This document shows positions 37,020 to 46,944 of a DNA stretch of 64,000 nt, in pieces. Position 1 is the first letter of the stretch. Every line of letters begins with the position of its first letter. Location: contig NZ_JAAGVY010000014.1 of NCBI RefSeq assembly GCF_010686655.1, positions 1 to 64,000 of the forward strand. Reading direction: 5' to 3'. The notes under the pieces were generated by a model. It saw only the letters and a list, made by a program, of their open reading frames with translations, searched no databases and had not been told where the DNA came from. Position numbers and translations under genes: made by a program. The DNA is from Cryomorpha ignava (GTDB taxonomy: Bacteria; Bacteroidota; Bacteroidia; Flavobacteriales_D; Cryomorphaceae).

Positions 37020-39017
37020 CTACCGCAGGATTTGAACATATCCATTTTCGGTTTGCACCTCAAGGCTCTCGTTAAACTTTTCGCCCCAGCGATAAGTAAT
37101 TCGGTAAAAATAAATACCTGGTTCGACAAAGTATCCATCGAGCCCTCCATTCCAACGCGTTTCCAAATCTTCACTTTCAAATACGATTTTTCCCCAACGG
37201 TCAAAAATCTGCATATTAAAATTTGAAATAGGGCAGGAGGGTACTACAACAAGCAAGTCATTAAGTCCGTCTCCATCGGGAGTCATGGCATTTGGAATGT
37301 ACATATCGCATGGGCAATCATCGCCAATCTCGAGATAAGAAACACCAATTTTAAAATCGCGATCAAGCCTGCAACCACGCCCATCTTCTACAGATAAATT
37401 GTAATCGCCGGCACCGAGCCGATCATAAAAACCTTTATCAGACCGATTACCCTCATTGAGTTGCCATTTTATTGGCTCTTCTCCACCCGAAAGCAAAACG
37501 TCAATTAATCCATTATCGAATAGGGGACAATTTACCGGATGTACCGACCTGATTACAAAACTCAAATCTGTATCATCGCCAATAGTAACATCAAGAGATG
37601 GTGTGCATCCCGAGGCAGTTTGTGCAAGTACTGTATATTCTCCTCTCGATAGGCTTGCAAAGTAGGCAGTGTCTTGCCATCCGGAAACACCCTGGATACT
37701 GTACTCAAAGTCAGCATCATACTTAACTTTTACGATAAGGCTTCCAGAATTGTCGCCGCAGAAAGAATTTTTTGAAGAAACGAGTTCCATTTGCGGAGTA
37801 TCACGCGCAATTTCAACGCTATCTATAAATTCACAACCTTGCTGATCTATGATGTTTAAAAAGTATTTACCTTGTATTATATTATTAAAATCCGGGTTTT
37901 CTGAATCTGTAACACCATTTGTAATTGAATAGATATAAGGCTCCGTACCACCACTTGCCTGAAAAATTATCCGACCGTCATTTCCTTCACACGTTTCATT
38001 GCTACTTTGAAAACTAGCTTCAAAATTTATGCATGCTGCATCTTCACATTTTGTGGTGGCATTGTTTAATAGAGTTTGAAGAGACGTATTTACATAAGCT
38101 GTTAGCTGGTCTGTTTGACCCTGAGAAAACATATACAAACAGGCATCGTCGCAATAATCCATATATGAAGGCCACAAAATTGGATCGGTACAATTAATAA
38201 GCTCTTCGCCTATGGCATAGCAGCCATAAGTAGCGGCATTTGTAATAGGCGTATCGGCAATTCCATCACCGTCAATAGCGCAATCGGGATTGTTAAAAGG
38301 ATGATTTAAAGAAAGATAATGACCGAGTTCGTGCGTTACGGTTCTTCCCATATTATAGGTTGCCATAAGTGTATTTCCACCGCAGCTTACCGATCCAAAA
38401 GAGGTGATGCCGCAAACTACGCCATCTCCATTTCCATCGCCCCCAAGAGGTGAATACCCAAGAACACCGCCATTCATATTACGCACAAAAAAGTTAATAT
38501 ATCCCGACCATTGAGGTATATCATCTATTGGGCCATACTCATTTAAAGTAACTGCATAGTCGCCTTCGGCAATGCCAGAGCCGGCTGGGTGATTTAAAGT
38601 GGCAAGACAGAACTCCACGCAACTTTCACCATTTTGAATTTGCGGCCAGCGAATTGTTCTTCCTTCCGTCCATTTATTAATATCTGGATTTGTACCACCA
38701 TAGTCTTGATTGATGGATTCTACCTGACTCAAAGCCATTTCAAGCGCACAAGCATAATCAATACCTACATCTTGAAAGTGCACTGCCACCGGCAAATAGA
38801 GAATCTCATCGCAATCGGCCTTCATCTCACTATTGTGACTCTTTAAATACGTTTCAATTTTTTGATTCTTTTCAGCAAATTGAGCTGCATAGGCAGAATC
38901 TTGCATTAAAATTTCATGCCGTTCATCAGTGCCGCATCTTATAATCCCGTTATTATTTTGAGAAAAAGCTGTAAATGAGAATAACAATAAGAAAGTGAAA
39001 ACAGAAAATAGTTTCAT
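37020..39017 (-). CDS. M43 (pappalysin/cytophagalysin-like) zinc metalloprotease with T9SS type-B C-terminal domain
   Basis: Signal peptide. Zinc site TVTHELGHYLSLNHPF with downstream GIADTP (M43B signature). C-terminal YIPNAMTPDGDGLNDLL...IFDRWGKIVFESEDLETRWNGG. Confidence 0.8.
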   Translation of the reverse strand: MKLFSVFTFLLLFSFTAFSQNNNGIIRCGTDERHEILMQDSAYAAQFAEKNQKIETYLKSHNSEMKADCDEILYLPVAVHFQDVGIDYACALEMALSQVESINQDYGGTNPDINKWTEGRTIRWPQIQNGESCVEFCLATLNHPAGSGIAEGDYAVTLNEYGPIDDIPQWSGYINFFVRNMNGGVLGYSPLGGDGNGDGVVCGITSFGSVSCGGNTLMATYNMGRTVTHELGHYLSLNHPFNNPDCAIDGDGIADTPITNAATYGCYAIGEELINCTDPILWPSYMDYCDDACLYMFSQGQTDQLTAYVNTSLQTLLNNATTKCEDAACINFEASFQSSNETCEGNDGRIIFQASGGTEPYIYSITNGVTDSENPDFNNIIQGKYFLNIIDQQGCEFIDSVEIARDTPQMELVSSKNSFCGDNSGSLIVKVKYDADFEYSIQGVSGWQDTAYFASLSRGEYTVLAQTASGCTPSLDVTIGDDTDLSFVIRSVHPVNCPLFDNGLIDVLLSGGEEPIKWQLNEGNRSDKGFYDRLGAGDYNLSVEDGRGCRLDRDFKIGVSYLEIGDDCPCDMYIPNAMTPDGDGLNDLLVVVPSCPISNFNMQIFDRWGKIVFESEDLETRWNGGLDGYFVEPGIYFYRITYRWGEKFNESLEVQTENGYVQILR

Positions 39018-39312
39018 TTTTTCGATTTACGGCTGTTAACATCTGTGTATAAAAAATAAACAGACCTGTTAATCAGCTCAATGAATTAATTTAACCTTGC
39101 AGGGTTTTAAATTTTAAAGCGCATTTCAATTATTGACGCAAAACAGGCTGAATAGATGCATAAAAAGATGCTTTTATTTTCACTTTTTATCATTTCAAAA
39201 GACTTCAAGTAATAGAGGAATTTGTGAACTGGATAAAGTTCATCCAAAAAACCCTTTCCCCAATTGTTCATTCAGAAATTAAGCTGAACAAGGTCATCTG
39301 GTTTAAAGGAAA

Positions 39313-40377
39313 TTAAATCTTTAGTATCGAGCATGTTTGATCAAACTCTGCCTCTTCTGTTTGTGGATTATCCGGATCTGTTATAATTTCTCCATCTACA
39401 ATAAAACGATACAGGTACTTTCCGGAGGAAAGATAAATTGGGAAATTCCAAGCTCCATTTTCATGATTCATTTTAAAGTTTTTCCTGGCCCAGTCAGTAA
39501 ACGTGCCGGTTACGATTACTTCAGCGGCTGTTTCAAATTTGTCTAATTTGAACACATGATTAGGTTTTATGCAAATAAGGCTATTAAAACCCTCATTGCG
39601 CTCTACCCGATAAGGATTGTTTGGGTCCAAAATCCATTCATTGTCCACAACATATTTATACTCGTACATGCCGGGAGCTAAGGCATAATGCAGTTCCCAC
39701 CCGCTAGGTGTACGTAGCATTTGCAATTCAGTATAGTTCCATAAATTAAAATTCCCTGCTAGTCGAACTTCAACCGCGTCGAGATTGCCATAAAGTTTAA
39801 ACACGCTGCAATCGCCAATTGACAAATAAGAATTATAATTTCCGGTGCCATCAGGACGTACTGCCGGGTTGTCAGGATCTGTAATCCACTTTCCATCAAC
39901 AATAAACTTATAAGCGTACGTGCCGTCTGGCAAATAAAGAGGAAGTTTCCAGATATCTCCTTCGCGTTTCATTTCTAATTCACCCACAGTCCACCCGTTA
40001 AAATTTCCAGCAACGAAAATCTGAGAAGCCTCATCATGCTCTCCCAATTCAAAAACATGATTTTCAATAAAGAATATCGAGGCACGGCCTAGTTCATGAT
40101 GTTGGCCTTTTAGAAGATTCTGCTTGTCGAGAGTTTCTTTGCCATCTACAATAAACTTATAAAAGTGTTGTCCCGGCTCAATGCGTACATAGGTTCTCCA
40201 ACCTGAATCGATCTTGTCCATTTTAACTTTATCACAAAAGCTACCCTGAAGTAAGACCTGCTTTGCCTTTATATTGCCCGAAAGGAAAAAACAAATTTCG
40301 TTATTGTCAGAAGCGGAGATCGATTTTCCGGTTAGGTTATTTATACCATATTGTACGTAGTGTTTAAGTGCTTCCAA
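39313..40377 (-). CDS. Protein of ~4 tandem CBM48/E-set (glycogen-binding, AMPK-beta-like) domains, no catalytic domain
   Basis: Repeated ...VAGNFNGWT...W.L.L.L..G.YEYKFIVDG.W..DP.NP... units. Confidence 0.6.
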   Translation of the reverse strand: MEALKHYVQYGINNLTGKSISASDNNEICFFLSGNIKAKQVLLQGSFCDKVKMDKIDSGWRTYVRIEPGQHFYKFIVDGKETLDKQNLLKGQHHELGRASIFFIENHVFELGEHDEASQIFVAGNFNGWTVGELEMKREGDIWKLPLYLPDGTYAYKFIVDGKWITDPDNPAVRPDGTGNYNSYLSIGDCSVFKLYGNLDAVEVRLAGNFNLWNYTELQMLRTPSGWELHYALAPGMYEYKYVVDNEWILDPNNPYRVERNEGFNSLICIKPNHVFKLDKFETAAEVIVTGTFTDWARKNFKMNHENGAWNFPIYLSSGKYLYRFIVDGEIITDPDNPQTEEAEFDQTCSILKI

Positions 40378-40389
40378 TGTTTTAGATTT

Positions 40390-41802
40390 TTAGAGTAGCT
40401 TCTTTAGCCAGCTTAGTTTCGATTGGTTAAAAGGCGGGTATTTTAGTGCCGGATCAAACCAGGTTTTACTAATCACCAGACTTTTGGCATGGCTAAAGCA
40501 CTCAAAACTATGCCAGCCATGATAGTGTCCGCTACCGCTACCCTGCACCCCTCCAAAAGGCAAATCAGGATTTCCGAGATGCACCAAGGTGTTGTTCACG
40601 CAACCGCCTCCAAAAGATAGTTGGTTTAATATCAATTCTTTAAATTCTTTATTGGATCCAAAATAATAACATGCCAAAGGATATCTGTTGCCTCGCACAA
40701 TTTCAGAGATTTCGCGACTGTGTGTAAAAGGTATAATTGGCAAAACGGGTCCGAAAATCTCATCGCGCATCACAGTACTGTTTAAATCAACATTATCCAT
40801 AAGCGTTGGTTCGATATACAGCTTTTCTTTATCTGTTTTGCCCCCATAAACTATGTTGCCGTCTTTGAGAAAATTGGCTACGGCACCAAACCGTTTTTCG
40901 TTGATCATTCTGGGGTAATCAGCTGATTTTCGCGCATCAGTTCCATAAAATTCCTGAATAGTTTCAATCAATAAACCGGTAAATTTTTCTTTAATTTTGG
41001 ATTCTACCAATAAATAATCCGGTGCTACGCAAGTTTGACCGGCATTGATAAACTTACCCCAAATGAGACGTTTTGCAGCGACTTTAAGATTGGCGGAGCT
41101 ATCGATAATTGCAGGACTCTTGCCACCAAGCTCAAGGGTAGTGCTTACCAGATTATCTGCTGCTTGCCTGGCAATATTTTTTCCAACTCCCGGGCTTCCG
41201 GTGAAAAATATATGGTTGAAAATATGCGTTTTAAGCAGGTGAGGAACCACTTCGCTTCCCACTCCCTGAACGACGCTAATGTATGCCGGATTGAAAATTT
41301 TTGAAATAATTTTTTCTGTAATTGCCGCAGTGGCTGGAGCTTCTTCAGAAGGTTTGATTACCACTGCATTACCGGCTGCGATAGCTCCTACAAGTGGGTC
41401 GAAAACCAGATTAAACGGATAATTCCAGGGTGCTATAATCAATACAACCCCTTTCGGCTCGTACCGCAATTCACTTTTTGAGGGCTCAAAAGCCAATGGA
41501 GTAAACCGCCTTTTTGGTTTCATCCATTTCTTTAAATTTTTGAGGGCAAAGTCTATTTCGGCTTTCACAATCCCGATTTCTGTAAGGTAGCTTTCAGTCT
41601 CAGATTTCCCTAAGTCGGCATTTAGAGCCTTGAAAATTTCGTCTTCATGATCTTGAATACCAACACTTAACTTTTCGAGCATTTCTTTTCTAAAAGAATA
41701 CGAAAGTGTATTTCCCTTATCAAAAAAGCGGCGCTTTTCATCAAAGAGTGCCTTTATTGACGTGTGATTTCTTGCAACTTTTATTTCATTTGTCTCTTCC
41801 AA
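40390..41802 (-). CDS. NAD(P)+-dependent aldehyde dehydrogenase (ALDH3-like)
   Basis: LELGGKSPAIID and the catalytic-Cys region INAGQTCVAPDYLLV, 470 aa. Confidence 0.9.
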   Translation of the reverse strand: MEETNEIKVARNHTSIKALFDEKRRFFDKGNTLSYSFRKEMLEKLSVGIQDHEDEIFKALNADLGKSETESYLTEIGIVKAEIDFALKNLKKWMKPKRRFTPLAFEPSKSELRYEPKGVVLIIAPWNYPFNLVFDPLVGAIAAGNAVVIKPSEEAPATAAITEKIISKIFNPAYISVVQGVGSEVVPHLLKTHIFNHIFFTGSPGVGKNIARQAADNLVSTTLELGGKSPAIIDSSANLKVAAKRLIWGKFINAGQTCVAPDYLLVESKIKEKFTGLLIETIQEFYGTDARKSADYPRMINEKRFGAVANFLKDGNIVYGGKTDKEKLYIEPTLMDNVDLNSTVMRDEIFGPVLPIIPFTHSREISEIVRGNRYPLACYYFGSNKEFKELILNQLSFGGGCVNNTLVHLGNPDLPFGGVQGSGSGHYHGWHSFECFSHAKSLVISKTWFDPALKYPPFNQSKLSWLKKLL

Positions 41803-41806
41803 AATA

Positions 41807-43360
41807 GTGAATTATGATTTTTATAAATATAGCAATTCAAAATCAATTATCTTTCGCTCAATTTTAAAATTAGGCATGAGCGAGGAAAATATTGAGAAAC
41901 CGGATTTAATAGATCAGGCGACTTTAGATAAGGATAAGCGTGTAGAGCAAAGTTCGCAAAATATCAAAAGACGTTTTAAGATTTTGATTCAAGAACTTTT
42001 AATTTTCTTTCGCGAACTTCTTGCCCTAAAGGATGAAACTGACTACGAGCAGACACGTACCGGAATTATTCGTGACGTTACTTTTCGGGGTCCTACAGTA
42101 TACATCCTTATTTGTTCCATAATTATTGCATCTGTTGGCTTAAACCTAAATTCACCGGCAGTCATTATTGGTGCGATGCTTATTGCTCCTCTTATGGGGC
42201 CAATTTTGGGTGTCGGTCTCGCCTTCGGCACCAATGACTCGCCATTGCTTGGCAAAGCGCTCAAGAATTTTGGAGTAATGGTAACTATAAGTCTATTTAC
42301 CAGCACGTTATATTTTCTTCTCACTCCGCTGGTAGAATATCAACCTGAGATTTTGGCGCGCACCACCCCGACGACCTTGGATATTCTCGTTGCTATTTTT
42401 GGGGGTATTGCCGGAGTGGTAGCAGGTAGTAGAAAGGAAAAAAGCAATGTAATTCCCGGTGTTGCCATCGCCACAGCGCTTATGCCACCCCTCTGTACTT
42501 CCGGTTTTGGATTGGCTACAGGTAATTGGCATTTCTTCTTGGGCGCTTTCTATCTCTTTATGCTTAACAGTATTTTTATTTGTGGTGCTACTATAGTTGG
42601 AGTTCGGTTTTTGGGATTTCCATTAAAGAAATTAATCAACAAACAGCGCGAGCGAAAAGTGCGCAACTGGATGGCCGCCATTATGATTATCATGATTTTT
42701 CCGAGCTTTTGGATTTTTTATGGTGTTGTAAAAGAGTCGTGGTTTAAAAGCCATGCAGATAAATTCGTAAAAGAAGTGATAAAGATGAAAGGAGCGCGTC
42801 TGGTTGATACAAAGTTTATTTATGCCGATACTGTTCCATCCATTGAGCTGTTTATGATCGGTGTGGAAATTCCAGATGACACAATTAAGAAATGGCAAAA
42901 CCAGATGGCTGGCTACGGATTGGAGAATTCCCATCTGGATGTTTATGGAATTGGTGAATCTAATAAAGATCCCGATTTTGAAATTTTAAGTGGGAAATTG
43001 AAAGAAACAATTCAGGCAGACGTGGTAAAGCAGTTTTATTCATTTAGTCAAGAAGAGATACAAAGCCACGAAAAGCAGATTGAATTTTTGCAAAATGAAT
43101 TGCTTAAACTTAGACCGAGAGATGTCAAAATGGTTAATTTGGCGAAAGAAATGAAGATCCAATTTGAAAATTTGGAAAGAATCTCATACGCAGATGCTAT
43201 TGAGAGCGATTTTGGTAATAAAATTGATACCATTCCAACCATTCTTGTAAAATGGCGAAATGGTATCAATAACAATCAACTTAAAAAAGATGAAATTAAA
43301 ATTCAGAAAATAATGCAGTTAAGACTCGAATTAGATACGGTAAGAGTTATACAGTATTAG
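41807..43360 (+). CDS. DUF389-family polytopic membrane protein with C-terminal soluble extension
   Basis: GAMLIAPLMGPILGVGLAFG and repeated TM helices. The exact start is uncertain. Confidence 0.6.
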   Translation: MNYDFYKYSNSKSIIFRSILKLGMSEENIEKPDLIDQATLDKDKRVEQSSQNIKRRFKILIQELLIFFRELLALKDETDYEQTRTGIIRDVTFRGPTVYILICSIIIASVGLNLNSPAVIIGAMLIAPLMGPILGVGLAFGTNDSPLLGKALKNFGVMVTISLFTSTLYFLLTPLVEYQPEILARTTPTTLDILVAIFGGIAGVVAGSRKEKSNVIPGVAIATALMPPLCTSGFGLATGNWHFFLGAFYLFMLNSIFICGATIVGVRFLGFPLKKLINKQRERKVRNWMAAIMIIMIFPSFWIFYGVVKESWFKSHADKFVKEVIKMKGARLVDTKFIYADTVPSIELFMIGVEIPDDTIKKWQNQMAGYGLENSHLDVYGIGESNKDPDFEILSGKLKETIQADVVKQFYSFSQEEIQSHEKQIEFLQNELLKLRPRDVKMVNLAKEMKIQFENLERISYADAIESDFGNKIDTIPTILVKWRNGINNNQLKKDEIKIQKIMQLRLELDTVRVIQY

Positions 43361-43366
43361 AATTAA

Positions 43367-43975
43367 TTATCTATTAATCAATATCTTACCCGTTTGTATC
43401 TGTTCGTTTTCTTGCGTGAGCACAAAAGTGTAGAGTCCTTCGCTGTAGCCTGAAACGTCGTGGCTCGATATACCATTCATTAAAAATTCAGCTACCTTTC
43501 TGCCTTGAGTATCATAAATAGTCATATTCGCATCGGGAAGAGGAGTATTGTCATTCCATTTCCATGAAAGTTGATTCACAACCGGATTGGGAAAAAACGC
43601 GAAATATGCAGGTTTTTCTGCTTCTGTAATGCCAACTGTAGAAGCTGAAACTATTACAGAACCGGTCATTCCCTCATGCACATCACATCTATATGAGTAA
43701 GTACCTGCTATCGTAAAAACAAACTCATAAGTCCACCCGGCAGGACCAGTTTCATTTCCGAATGAATCAGGATTATTGGGGAAATCTATTGCATTTCCAT
43801 TTACGTTGTGAAAACCCAGCGAATTAGTCCACACAACAGTATCGCCCACGTTAATTTCGAGTTGAGAGGGACTAAAGACATTATTGGAGACATTAACATT
43901 GTAATGAGTTTGTGCCAAAAGTGAGCCGGAAGCGAAAAGCGCTATAGAGGCTAAAAGGGTGTAAAGTTTTTTCAT
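43367..43975 (-). CDS. Secreted cupredoxin (plastocyanin/azurin-like blue-copper) protein with T9SS C-terminal domain
   Basis: Signal peptide. The cupredoxin ligand arrangement ...GFHNV... and YSYRCDVHEGMTGSV (C-x2-H-x2-M). The C-terminus ...NMTIYDTQGRKVAEF...GLYTFVLTQENEQIQTGKILINR resembles Por_Secre_tail. Confidence 0.7.
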   Translation of the reverse strand: MKKLYTLLASIALFASGSLLAQTHYNVNVSNNVFSPSQLEINVGDTVVWTNSLGFHNVNGNAIDFPNNPDSFGNETGPAGWTYEFVFTIAGTYSYRCDVHEGMTGSVIVSASTVGITEAEKPAYFAFFPNPVVNQLSWKWNDNTPLPDANMTIYDTQGRKVAEFLMNGISSHDVSGYSEGLYTFVLTQENEQIQTGKILINR

Positions 43976-44189
43976 GTTACAATTTGATTTAGGGGGTTAG
44001 TTCATAATTATACAAAGGTATGACGCTCGAAATTAATAAATGTTGTAAAAGGTTGGTTAATTGAGTAGGGAGTAGAGCGTAGAGCGTATTTTGTATAAAG
44101 TAGGTTGTAGCGAGAATTTGAAACTCGTTTATTTCCTACAAGGCCGCAATAAATTGTTAAAAGCGAGGCAATCTCAAGGCAGCATCATA

Positions 44190-44276
44190 GCCAGTTGCTT
44201 ATTGTCTATTGCCAATTGCTTATTGCCTATTGCCAATTGCCAATTGCTTATTGCCTATTGCATCATTGCCAATTGA
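44190..44276. repeat. Degenerate tandem repeat (attgcc / attgct / tattgc units, ~14 units)
   Basis: ttgcttattgtctattgccaattgcttattgcctattgccaattgccaattgcttattgcctattgcatcattgccaattg. It lies in the 5' region of the minus-strand cupredoxin gene. Confidence 0.7.
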
Positions 44277-44294
44277 AATTGACTTCTAATACAT

Positions 44295-44771
44295 CTAAAA
44301 GCCACTTCTTCTATCGGGTACTTCGGGCGCATCAGAGCGTTCTACCCCGGTAATGAAGTATTTAGTTTCTCCGCGCCAGGGCAGTGTTACATATTTTTCT
44401 TCGTAACGAAGTCTTACGCGCTCTCCAGTTAGTGAAACTTCTTCGAGTTTACCAAAAACTTCCTTGTCATTTTTCTCAACCGAAAATAAAAAAGTTTGTG
44501 AGAGACTATTGGCGCTTTTTACTGCCCCAAAACTCATTACATCCATTTGACCTTCATAGGTTTTAAATAATGCTCCGCGTTCGCTAACTTCTATAATTAC
44601 TCCAGATTTCACTCCTTTGCTCAAGGTGGCATAATAAAAGAAAAACATTAAACCGATTCCTATAATAAGCAGTAGGATGGCCAGCTTCTTAAAAAATCTT
44701 TTAGCACTGTTTGTGGCATTCGTCGTTTTCTCGGAAAAAGTAGTCATATAAAATACTTGATTTTGGGGCAA
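44295..44771 (-). CDS. Hypothetical membrane-anchored protein
   Basis: 158-aa ORF with a single TM helix (LAILLLIIGIGLMFFFYYATL). Confidence 0.45.
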   Translation of the reverse strand: MPQNQVFYMTTFSEKTTNATNSAKRFFKKLAILLLIIGIGLMFFFYYATLSKGVKSGVIIEVSERGALFKTYEGQMDVMSFGAVKSANSLSQTFLFSVEKNDKEVFGKLEEVSLTGERVRLRYEEKYVTLPWRGETKYFITGVERSDAPEVPDRRSGF

Positions 44772-44881
44772 AATTAATCATTTCCAATTAAGAAAGTGAT
44801 GTTCTTTGGGCTAATTCAAAATCCAATCATATCAATTCAATTCCTTATAATTCCAGAGCGACACCTTGAAAATCGCATTAA

Positions 44882-46018
44882 GTGAAATTATTCTGCGATA
44901 TTTGTCCAATGTGTGCTTTGAAAATATTACAGCTAAGTTCAGAACAGAGCTGGCGCGGTGGTGAGCAGCAAATAGCCTATCTTATTCTCTATCTCAAAGC
45001 GCAGAATGTAGATGTAGTAGTATGCACGCGCAAAAATTCAGCTTTTTCGGCATGGTGTAGAGAGATGGAAATACCCTTTTATGAACTGGGTTTTATAAAT
45101 GGAGCAGACATTAAATCAGCGCTCAAAATCAAGAAAATCGTAAAAAGGGAAGGTATTGATATAGTAAATGCGCACTCCGGCAAGTCGCATAGCCTTGCCT
45201 ACCTTGCTTTAAGGCTTGGTATGAATAAGCCGCTCATTGTACATCGTAGAGTAGATTTTCCGCTAAAAACACGTGGTTTTTCGCTTGCAAAGTACAATCA
45301 TAAAAATGTAAAAGGAATTGTCTGTGTATCTAAGGCCATAGCAAGGCTTGTGAAAAGAGCAGTGGAAAATCCAGAAAGGGTCAAAACGGTTTATAGCGGA
45401 ATAGATCCGGCGCGATTTTCAGACAATAAACCCAATGGATATATTCACAAAGAATTTAATATTGATAAAAGTAAAAGACTGATTGCCAATATTTCTGCTA
45501 TTGCACCTCACAAAGACTACCAGACATTTCTGCACACGGCAAAGCGCGTAACTGAAAGCCGTGACGACTGCCATTTTTTGATTGTTGGTGAAGGAAATCT
45601 TCGTCATGAAATACAAGAATTAGCCAAATCGCTTAAACTAACGAATTCAGTGAGTTTCACCGGATTTAGAAATGATATTCCAAATCTCTTCCGCGAATTA
45701 ACACTGTTTTTAATCACCTCGGACACCGAAGGTCTGGGCACTACTGTAATTGATTCTCTCTGCAATGGGATACCTATAATTGCCACCAAAGCAGGCGGAA
45801 TTCCTGAACTGGTGCGCGATGGAGAAGAGGGATATTTGTGTGCTATTGCAGATTCTGAATGTCTGGCGGAAAAAGTGAATCTGCTTCTCAATATGGAAGA
45901 AGAACGACAAAAAATGAGCAAAAAAGCAATTGAGCGGGCAAAGCTTTTTACAAATGAACAAATGGGAGCAGGGGTATTGGAAATATATCGTCAAATTAAA
46001 ACGGGTTCAACACTTTAA
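44882..46018 (+). CDS. Glycosyltransferase family 4 (Glycos_transf_1) protein
   Basis: C-terminal EGLGTTVIDSLCNGIPIIATKAGGIPELV (E-x7-E region). The exact start is uncertain. Confidence 0.8.
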   Translation: MKLFCDICPMCALKILQLSSEQSWRGGEQQIAYLILYLKAQNVDVVVCTRKNSAFSAWCREMEIPFYELGFINGADIKSALKIKKIVKREGIDIVNAHSGKSHSLAYLALRLGMNKPLIVHRRVDFPLKTRGFSLAKYNHKNVKGIVCVSKAIARLVKRAVENPERVKTVYSGIDPARFSDNKPNGYIHKEFNIDKSKRLIANISAIAPHKDYQTFLHTAKRVTESRDDCHFLIVGEGNLRHEIQELAKSLKLTNSVSFTGFRNDIPNLFRELTLFLITSDTEGLGTTVIDSLCNGIPIIATKAGGIPELVRDGEEGYLCAIADSECLAEKVNLLLNMEEERQKMSKKAIERAKLFTNEQMGAGVLEIYRQIKTGSTL

Positions 46019-46944
46019 TCTATCTCACTATCTCCTTGTTTTGCATCATTTGAAATATAGGGGTTTCCCAGATGGGTTTGGAAGAGGAATTCTTCTGCCA
46101 ACATCTTCACATTTAGTTGATCGAATTCGCCTATCACCTCGCCATCAGCCTGCAAAAATTGTGGATTGGAAAAGCTTATCACAGCCTTTTCAGTAGTAAT
46201 AATCCTGCTGACATTTTGAGGAGTATATAGTTGATCAATTGCAGAAAGCCCTGCTTTGAGAATTGTCCCCAGGTTTATTTCTTCTACGATTACAATTTCA
46301 AACACACCATCAAAAGGATTTCCGAATTCGGTGATAGAAACACCGGTGCCAAATTTTCTGCCATTCGCAATAATGATCATTACACAGTGGCCGCTTATTG
46401 TTTCTCCATTTGCTTCTACTGAATACTCAATTCGCTCCATATTTTGAAGCTCCCGTGCGAAATACTTTCCATAAGTGAGCATACCCCGGTTCTCATCTTC
46501 CTCAAAAGCTTTCACCACACGAGCGTTTACTCCAATGTCAGCAAGGTGGATAGATTTTACCGAATGGTTTATGCAAAGCATATCCATCTTTCTAGCGATT
46601 CTTGATTTTAGCAAATCATCAAAGGCCATATTAGGATCTTGATTGACTCCAAGTTCTTTTGCCATTCCGTTTGCCGATCCAAAAGGAATAATTCCAACAG
46701 AAGTTTTACCATTTGCTGAAGCTAGAGCGGCAAGTGCAAATGTTCCATCTCCGCCAACAGCCATAATTAAATCAAACGAATCGCTCTTTAAAAATTTCGC
46801 CAATTTCTTTAAATCGTTGGTGCCTGTGGTTTCAAAAATGGCGGTTTCAATTCCATAAAAGCTTGAAGTTTCCTTAAAGTACTCAATAAAGTCGTCCTTA
46901 TCATTTCCACCAGAAATGGGATTAAGAACTGCGACTATTTTCAT
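46015..46944 (-). CDS. Diacylglycerol-kinase catalytic-domain family lipid kinase (YegS-like)
   Basis: MKIVAVLNPISGG...DLIMAVGGDGTFALAA is the DAGK_cat signature. Confidence 0.8.
   Translation of the reverse strand: MKIVAVLNPISGGNDKDDFIEYFKETSSFYGIETAIFETTGTNDLKKLAKFLKSDSFDLIMAVGGDGTFALAALASANGKTSVGIIPFGSANGMAKELGVNQDPNMAFDDLLKSRIARKMDMLCINHSVKSIHLADIGVNARVVKAFEEDENRGMLTYGKYFARELQNMERIEYSVEANGETISGHCVMIIIANGRKFGTGVSITEFGNPFDGVFEIVIVEEINLGTILKAGLSAIDQLYTPQNVSRIITTEKAVISFSNPQFLQADGEVIGEFDQLNVKMLAEEFLFQTHLGNPYISNDAKQGDSEID

Noticed and set aside
44190-44276. Possible CRISPR array (short repeated units)
   Set aside because: The units are 6-9 nt and contiguous, without spacers. This is a microsatellite, not a repeat-spacer array.
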